Positions 55,952-64,000 of a DNA stretch of 64,000 bases are shown piece by piece. Below the pieces are notes generated by a model. That model was given only the letters and a program-made list of their open reading frames with translations. It was not told where the DNA came from and made no database searches. Origin of the DNA: Paraspadella gotoi (lineage: Eukaryota > Animalia > Chaetognatha); assembly GCA_051294375.1 (NCBI GenBank), contig CM119271.1, positions 11,675,896 to 11,739,895 of the forward strand, written 5' to 3'. How positions within the stretch are numbered: position 1 is the stretch's first letter; each line of letters begins with the position of its first letter. The translations under genes were made by a program, and so were the position numbers.

Positions 55952-57061
55952 TCAACGGTAAATTCTCAACGTCTTATTGACCAAAGTCCTGCAATACGGA
56001 CAAACCGACAATTCGTTGGAACACTGATGACACACGCAATGACCGCAAGGATCCAGCGCCGTGTTTGATTGGTTCTCTAGGCAAATGCTGCATTCTGATT
56101 GGCCGATTTTCTCGCCTTCGATCGGACGATCGTTTCTTTTCTTGACGGCCACGCCCACCGTTTCCGTTTCGAGCTGCGAGAGAACGAGATCCAATTTGCT
56201 CGAGAATCGATCGAGAAATGGACGCGAATCGAGTCCGTATCGCGAATCCGTCTCCACGATCCTTCGTGCTGCGTCGAGGAGGCCGCGCTCGAGACCGCGT
56301 GCCATCTCGGCCGCCGTCAGCCCCTCGGCGTCTTTATCCCCAGTAGAGACTCCGCCGCGAAAGGCAAAGTCGAGGACTTCGAGAGCGCGGTCGAGGGAAA
56401 GGAGGTTGGGTTCGAGTCGACTCACGACCAAGTGAAGGATCGTTCGACCCTGCGGAGTCTTCCGTCGCGGATCCGCTCCCGATTCCGTCAACGTCTTCAG
56501 CGTACCGGCGAGGCAAGGCAGCGGCGCTTTTAGCACGGCGCTCATTATCGGCGTCAGGCCGCGCGAATCTTCGGCGTTAGGGTCGACGCCGTGATCGAGA
56601 GAAAAGTTAAGTCCGTTGAGGCATCCGGCGGAGGCGGCCAGATGCGCCGGGGTCTCTCCGTCGTCGGAGAGGATCGTCAAGGATGCCCCGGCGCGGAGGA
56701 GACGATGAAGGAAGGCCCCGTCGGTGGAGCGTTGAATCGCCGTCAGAAACGGAGTCGTCGAGGGTAAAAATCCCAAAAAGGAAAACTTGAAATTGGGGTC
56801 GAGGGAAAAGTGAGAGGAAGAGAGCAATAAACGCGAGAGATGATCGTAATCCGGACGCCAGGGAAGATTCAAGTAAGGACTCCAGTACTGATAGCAGACG
56901 ACCAAGAGGCAAACGTTGAGGAGATAATTGAGGAGTCGACGAGCGAGTCGAGCCAAGGCTAAGAGAAGATGCTCGCCTAGGGTGGCCAGACTACGTCGAT
57001 CCTCGTCGTCCAAAAAATGGAAAATCCAAAGAAAAACGATCACGAAAATGAGATACATCAT
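55952..57061 (-). CDS. Membrane-anchored ankyrin-repeat + C3HC4 RING protein (putative E3 ligase), single exon
   Basis: Hydrophobic N-terminal segments. Ankyrin motifs GETPAHLAA, GLTPIMSAV, GRTILHLVV and GLTAAEMA. C-terminal CSIC...PCGH.VC..C....CPYCR...IYR. Confidence 0.85.
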   Translation of the reverse strand: MMYLIFVIVFLWIFHFLDDEDRRSLATLGEHLLLALARLARRLLNYLLNVCLLVVCYQYWSPYLNLPWRPDYDHLSRLLLSSSHFSLDPNFKFSFLGFLPSTTPFLTAIQRSTDGAFLHRLLRAGASLTILSDDGETPAHLAASAGCLNGLNFSLDHGVDPNAEDSRGLTPIMSAVLKAPLPCLAGTLKTLTESGADPRRKTPQGRTILHLVVSRLEPNLLSLDRALEVLDFAFRGGVSTGDKDAEGLTAAEMARGLERGLLDAARRIVETDSRYGLDSRPFLDRFSSKLDLVLSQLETETVGVAVKKRNDRPIEGEKIGQSECSICLENQSNTALDPCGHCVCHQCSNELSVCPYCRTLVNKTLRIYR

Positions 57062-57242
57062 CGCATTTATCGGGTTCTCGGAAGTCTCCCCCCGGTTTTT
57101 CCCCTTTCCCCGACCAAAAAGTTGACTGCAATAAAAAAATCAATTTTGATCACAAATCGCTTTTGTAAACAATAAATAAAGTAAAAAAAAATAGAACATG
57201 ACATTTTTTATTAACGATGTGACTAAATCCAAAGCTCATTGT

Positions 57243-59637
57243 TCACGGACGCTCCTTCATTTTATCGATCGTTGTTTCAACGAATTGACTAAAGGATTTT
57301 CCCAAAATCTCTCCTTTCCCTCTCTCGTCGAACAATCTCGTGCAATGACCCGTCACGGGATCGAGCAAAGCGGGTCGATGTTCCACCAATAAAACGACCA
57401 AAATCTCTAAAAGTGAACCGTATGACCCAGATTGTTGAGCCGATTGCAAGGCCATCGACGAGACGAGACGCGGGGGAGGAATGTCTCTCTCTCTGTCATC
57501 TTCTTTGTCGGAGGAAACCTCCTCCTCAAATTCCAAACATTTCAACAGAGAAGACAAAACTTGAATCGGATTTCGAAGAGAAAAAAACTCGAATTTATCG
57601 AGAATCGAATTCAATTTTTCATCTTCGTCGCCGACGAAATCTCTCAACAACATCGAGCAATAAGAGGAAACGGAGAGTCCGTCGCCTTTGGAATGGATCG
57701 TCGAGTGTCTTCTATCCCGCATCGTCTCGCAAAATCGAATCAAATCCGGCGCCAACTCCTCCTCGAGCGGCGACTTGATCCTCGTCTCTCCAAGTCGACG
57801 AGCCGCTTCGACGAGGGTCGTTCCGCTCGTGTCGTCGGCGCCTCTGACGAAGGATTCCATCTCCGCAACGATCTTGGACATTCCAGATTGGAAAAAGTTG
57901 TTCTCCCGTCGTCCTCGGATGATCAACCGATAGAGGCCGCTTCTCGTCGCGGCGATCGGATGCGGAGATCGTCCTCGAACAAAGGAACACTCCTCATCCA
58001 ACAACGGATCGACGTCGCGTCGGCTCGGATCCCAAGACAACTTGGAATTGGCGGCCAAATCGTAAACCTCGATGCCAGAATTTGGACAGACGATTGCCAA
58101 ATAACTGGCCGATTTGATGGAGTAAAGGAACCGAGTTTGACCGACGGAAGTCAATTGCAAAGTCTTGGACCAACGAGCGACGTCTCTCGTCTCGGACCAC
58201 ACCCACCCGTCAGCGGTCAAGAGCATCATAGTTCGTCGTCGACGATCCACGAAAAAGTCGAGGATTTTCACGTCTTCACCAGGAATCGACGAGACTCTCG
58301 AGCGAAGAATCTCGCGGAGGCGGAGGGAGTCGATCCTTCGATCTTCTATCCCGGAGGCGGAAGCGTTGAGGAGGCGAAGGCCGGTCGCTTCCGGAGTCCA
58401 GACGAAGGCGAGACCGAGAGTGGAAGGGAAATGGTTTTGGATCCAGACGACGGCGGAATCGTGGAAGGTTCGAAGGCGGGAAAAGGGGAGTCCGTCGAGA
58501 AGGAGAGTCGGGCTTCCGAAGGTGCGCTCCGTTTCGTCGTCGTCTGCTTCTCTTTTCGTCGGTAAGAAGAGACGCCAAAAGCTGAAGGAAATACATAATT
58601 ATAAAATGATACGCTAATGGGAAAAAAATTATGCAATGGCCTTTTAAACTCATTTGCATTTAGAAACATTATAGACATTGAATTAAAAATGCAAATGGAT
58701 TCATAGAAATAATTGAGTTTTTTAATGTTTTAAAATAAATCTGAAGTGACATACAAACGTAATACGTAAATCTTGTTTAAATTTCATTAACCAAAATATT
58801 ATTTCAATAATGACTATCCGCCCGTCGCACCTGAAACCAAAATCTCCTTCGCTCTCGACTTCGCGTTGAATCCAAACGAGGACGTGAGACACGACGCCGG
58901 CGGCGACGACGACTGACCGACCGGCGTCGAAGCAACGACAGGAAGAGGCGCGCGTCCAACCGGCGTGGGGATCGTCGACGTCGCACGAGTCGTGGTCGCC
59001 ATGGAAACGCCATTCTTGCAGAGAACCGTTTTCGAAGGTGATCCAATAACGGTCGTCTGAAAATCAGAGGGGCAAGTCTGGACTCGCTGAGAAATGGTTT
59101 TTTTTTGGTTTTATTTAACGGAGAAAACACAAATGTTATTCTCTTGTAAGACTGATGGATGCTTTAACCCAAATAGCCAGTCTAAAGTCGGAGAAATTAG
59201 ATAATTTTTATATTGGTTGTACCAATTTCATATAATATAGTACCTCGTAAAACTATCCCGCTCTTATTTACTATTTTTTTTTGGTTATTATTATTTCATT
59301 TTATTTTTTTTAAGCCTAAAATCCTTGACGAACCGGAAAAACCCCTCGAGACGTCCACGACTTTTCCGTCGGCTTCGCCAGAGATGCTAAGCCGACAAGC
59401 GTCGGTCATCGGTCCCTTCACGACTCGGACGTCGAAGGCGGCGAAAGTGGACGAGCCGCTCGAGTTTCTTGAAGACACGAAGAGGTGACCGGGAAATGTC
59501 CAGAGCGAAACTGGGTTCGTCTCTTCGGTGATTAAAGTGATTAACTCATCTTCTCGATCGAATCTCACTCGAGAAGAAGAAGAAGAAGCGAGTTTGTCTC
59601 TGGTCAAGTTTTTCCAAGGTTCCAAATAATAACTCAT
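57243..59637 (-). CDS. Probable BLOC-2 subunit HPS6-like protein, 3 exons
   Basis: Exon 2 (~58830-59057) reads WITFENGSLQEW...GW..SSC...GRSVVVAA...LVWIQR, recalling the HPS6 N-terminal propeller (VWESGLAEVW..GW..TELC..ARVVAVA..LVWCEER). The rest is divergent. Confidence 0.5.
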
Positions 59638-59894
59638 TTTTAGTCTTTTTTTGTTAAACTACTCATAAGTTAACGAAATATCGAAGGATCCATTATAAAT
59701 AAAAGTTTAAATAAATCCAGTCTCCTCGAACTGGCTGGGATTAAAAACCCAAATCGGCGAATCCCAAACGGAACAGATCCATCCGTTTTTTGCCCATTGA
59801 GGCTTTTAATATTTCAAACTCCATATCTTAACCTAGAAACAAATTCTATAATCGATAAACCAATATATATATAAACCGTTAGGCAAAAAAAAAT

Positions 59895-62150
59895 TTAAGC
59901 CAACCATTCGACTAGTCGAAAACAAACTGCGATCACGAGAAAGACGAAACTAATTCTAAACCACAAAGGAAGATGATTCTCTCTTTGAGTTTCGGGTTGT
60001 GAGGAAGATTTTTTCTCCTTCGTTTCACAGACGCGTGAATCGTTATCACAAGAAGCAGCGCTTGATCCACAAGCAGAGTTCACTTCGCCACATCCAGATT
60101 TCTCCTCGCCGCATTCGCAGCTGGATCCGCCGCAGCCGCCGCCACCGCAGCTCTCATCCCCGCAGCAGTCGCCATCCGCCGTAGAAATCTTCGCCGCTAA
60201 CCCGAACCTCTCCCGCCCCACCGCTTTTCTCCCCCCTTTCTCCTGCCCGGGCAACGGCCTCCCTTTCAAAAAGTGTTTGCCCGTCTCGTAAATGTCCACG
60301 AGGATCATCTTCCCCAAGTATCCCTCCTCCAAGGGCACGAGGACTTGCTCGTAGAACTTGTTGTGTCCCACAAAGTGTTTCTTGTCGTGAGAGAGTTCGG
60401 TGACGAGGACGCTCTGTCTCTCTCCGAGTCGATGATCGTAAGTCGTGTAAGAGTTGAAGAGAGTCGAGACGGATCTCGTTCTTCTCTTCACTTCTTGAGG
60501 ATCGACTCGAATCATCTTCGCCGCCGGAGTTCCCGGTCGAGGAAAGAATTGATTGATGAACAACGAAGGAAATTTAAAATCTTCCACGAGAGAGAGAGTC
60601 TCTTCGAAATCCGATTCGGTCTCCGTAGGAAATCCGCAAATCACGTCCGTCGCTATAGTAACGCCGGGCACTCGATCGCGCAGCGTCCTGGCGACGCGTT
60701 CGAAGTCGGCGCGACAATACTCGCGTCGCATTTCCGTCAAGACGGCGTCGCTTCCGCTCTGGACGGGGACGTGGAGGAAGGCGTAGACCCGGGGGTGGGC
60801 GAGGATCTTCGCCATCTCGTCGAGATGCTCGAGGATGTAAGGAGGATTCGTCATACCGAGGCGGAGCATGCATCCTGGGATAATGGAGGACCTCAATTAA
60901 AGTAATATAAAATTGAGTTATTAAACATTTCCATTACAAATTAATATTAACAACTACCAGTATAGCTAAAAATATCGGAATTACTTTTTTATGACGAATT
61001 TTAGTACGAATCGTAATGACAACTCTTACCTTCAGGAATGACCTCCACCAATTTCCACAACAACTCCGGCAGGGAGACTCCAATGTCTCGTCCATAGGCG
61101 CCGGTGTCTTCAGAGGTGAGCCAGATCTCGACGACGCCCTCGTCGAAGGCGGCGACGGCGCGGGCGACGATCTCATCGGGCGAGTAGGAGCCGAGATCTC
61201 CGCGAGCGTGTTTGGTCTTGCAGTAAGTGCATTGGTTGAGGCAGCCGGTGTTGATGGCGATGATCTCGATGAGGGCGTTCTTGCGGATCTTGGGAAGATC
61301 GAGTCGAGCTCCACCGGCTTTGCGGCCTCCGCTCGACTTCTTTTGGTTTAAGAGGCGGACGGAGTGGCCTGAAGAGATGATAAGAGTTAAAAACGTTTGT
61401 AAATGATGCACTTCATAACAAGAATTAAACAATTTTCGAAGAACCCTCTCACCTTTGAGAGTCTCCTCAACGACTTCCGTGACGCGGTCGATCTGTTGAA
61501 CTCCGATGATGCTGAGTCCTTGGATGTACTGCAACTTCGGCTGCGCCTGCGGGATGCAGCCTTAAGCCAAGGAAATTAAATATGTTAATAAAGTATTAAT
61601 CATCTAACCAACAAAGATCCGCCTCCCAAACAAACAAACTCACCGGCGACGACGACGCATTTCCCGGAATTCCTCGCCGAAAGAATCTCGTTCCGGAAAT
61701 GATCCTCCGCCGGGGTCTTGACCGTGCAGCTGTTGAGCAGCCAAAGATCCGCTTCCTTCTATCATCGACGATCGAGTAACCGAAGGCGGCCAGTTGTCCG
61801 GCCATGTACTCGCCGTCCGAATTGTTATGCGCGCATCCCCACGTCTTCAGTACATACGCGCTGCGTGCCGGGAATGAGGCTTTTCTCGACGGGAGCGGCG
61901 GCTGCGGAGTCGGCAGCAGGAGCAGCGGCAGCCGCGTCGGGAGATTCTAGTTTTTTACGCTTTTTCTTAACTTTGGGGAGAATTTGTCTCTTGGTCGCGG
62001 TTCGATCGTTGCCTGATAAGTTTAAATGATAATTTAATCTTTTATTATTGTTAAAAAATAAACTAATTTACCGTGAGTCAAAAGGTCACCCAGAACCCCG
62101 ATGTCTTCGATGTCGTCCGTCAAACTTTCGTCGCATTCGATCGGCGCCAT
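59895..62150 (-). CDS. CDKAL1: tRNA t6A37 methylthiotransferase CDKAL1 (radical SAM), multi-exon; two apparent indels in exon 2
   Basis: Motifs [60 protein letters not shown] and [11 protein letters not shown], a TRAM domain, and a C-terminal TM helix. Confidence 0.95.
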
Positions 62151-62697
62151 TTTTGTTTCATTTGAGTCTTGTGACAAAAAAAACATTACATAAACAAACA
62201 AACAAACAGACCCAACAATCAAATAAGAAAATATACTCGAGCAATAGATCACAAAATGGCGATAAATCAACAAACCCATAAAAGTTTTTTTTTTAGAAAT
62301 ATACGGAAACGCGATGAAAAGTAGAGACGGGCTCACGAAAAAAATGATATCCGTTTTTTTTCTGACCAGACACGGTTACTATCAAACTTTTATGAAATTT
62401 TACATATAGAATCTTAATGACTAAATAAATAAAACTATCGAGGCGCATTTAGATATTCAACCCCTGAGAGAGATACAGGGCCCTGGGGCTAATTTTTGAC
62501 TGTGGGGCTATATCTCGGCTCGGGGATCAAATATTAAAATTCGCCTCAGTAGTTCTAATTGTATTCCCATAGGAATCGTGCATACAAAATTTCAACAAAT
62601 TTGGTCGAGAAGTCTATTCTGGGTCAGGAAAAATCCCGGTATCATTTTATATATGAAGCCTTCTGTTTTAAAAGTGCAAAATGTCCGAGGATCGACT

Positions 62698-63858
62698 TCA
62701 TCCGACCATGAGTCTCTTCCTCCCTCGTAGCCTCACTTCCTCCAACTTAGCAAAGACTTCCACGAAAAGTTTCTTCTCGCTGTGTTTCTCGTAACTCTGC
62801 AGCAAAAGAGCGAAGAGCCTCTCAGTGTTGGGATGAGTGCTGAGGAAGGCTCTCTCCAACACGTAGAGGTCGACTCCTTTGTGTTCCGCGAGATTTTCGT
62901 GATGCGAGAGACCGAAGTCGATCAGAGTTAAGGATTCAGAGTCGGAGGGTCGAGTGAGGAGCCTGAAAAAAGCGAGAGGGGGGAAGTGGGATTCGAACTC
63001 GGCTTTGGGTTGACCTTTTGAAGGAGTCGGAGTTTTCTCTCTCAGAAAGATCAACCTAGTAGTATTCTATATGACATATACTGTAATATAACAAGGGACA
63101 TAAAAATTTCAATCATCATCATCATCATTCATCATCTAGTATTTTTTTGCAATGTTTAAGTATATCGTTTATATATATCTATGTTATCTATAGTATAGTT
63201 TAATTTGTAGTTAGTTATAGTATGTTTAATTATAACGTAACTGTTTTTCTACAATAGACTATAGAAGGAACCATTTTCAACAAAAATAATCTCAAAGAGG
63301 TTCCAAACGTAAGCAACCATTTATTTATCTAATAATTATAATTCATCACAACTGACATGTTGGACGTGGTGAGATCTCCGTGCACGATGTTCTCTCGATG
63401 CATCATCGCTAAAATCCTTCCGATTCGTCGACACACCTTCTCCAACTCCTCGTCCGCCTCGAAATTCCGTCGCGAGAGAATTAAATCTCTCACGGAAATC
63501 GCATCCGGGAAAAATTCCATTACGATCGAGTTCGTCTCTTGATCGACGAAGTAAACCGTCGGTACAGGAATTCCCGCCATCCTTTTAATAATTGTATTGT
63601 TGTATTATTAAGAAATTAATTTAAATTGATTAAATCTGATTTAACGATCGAGTCGAGACCGACTGACCGACATCGAGTGAGGGAACGGACTTCGGCCGTG
63701 ACCCGTTGTTGGGTCAAAGTTTTGTCGAGTTGCGGATGACGATATTTTTTACTGAATCGATGTTTGACCAAAGATTTTTTGCCATGAAAATCCATGGTGT
63801 AAAGTTTAGCTTCGGCGCCCTGAACGAGCGTAACGCAAGCCTCGTAAGGCGCGGTCAT
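62698..63858 (-). CDS. TP53RK: KEOPS kinase/ATPase TP53RK (PRPK/Bud32), 3 exons
   Basis: Motifs [51 protein letters not shown] and [12 protein letters not shown]. Confidence 0.96.
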
Positions 63859-64000
63859 TATGAGAGATCTGAAAGAAGAGAGGAGACTGAAAATGGAGGG
63901 AGCCTAACGTATTTTAATGACATAAAATCAAACATTAAATCCGCTCCTACGAAATTTATAGTCCCACTTATTGAACGTCAAAATACTAATAAACTAATAG

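Overview
Gene-dense eukaryotic, most likely animal, genomic DNA with GC/CpG-rich exons and AT-rich GT-AG introns. I reconstruct 19 host genes, all on the minus strand and head-to-tail. In transcription order they are TP53RK, CDKAL1, HPS6-like, TM-ankyrin-RING, PEAK1/pragmin-like pseudokinase, TAF1A, SF3A2, caprin, COG5, PRORP, RPL28, CBWD/ZNG1, ADPRH, VPS41, ZRSR2, LDHD, REC8, LRRC47 and mitochondrial AARS. Stop-to-start gaps are about 110-1170 bp. Many genes have a pyrimidine-tract+AG acceptor just before the ATG, which points to a very long polycistronic, spliced-leader trans-spliced operon. An ~11.3 kb intron of the pseudokinase gene holds an assembly gap and a ~9.6 kb fold-back structure. 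Its left arm carries a complete-ended DIRS tyrosine-recombinase retrotransposon, with an unusually 5'-placed ICR and a predicted structured RNA leader, plus a hAT-like MITE. Its right arm preserves both empty sites. Also present are a tRNA-derived SINE, a Tc1/mariner-type MITE, a solo LTR, an exon-end tandem duplication and an oriented intronic octamer-containing motif. Gene identities come from motif recall, not database searches. Parts of 41.6-51 kb look like low-accuracy sequence.
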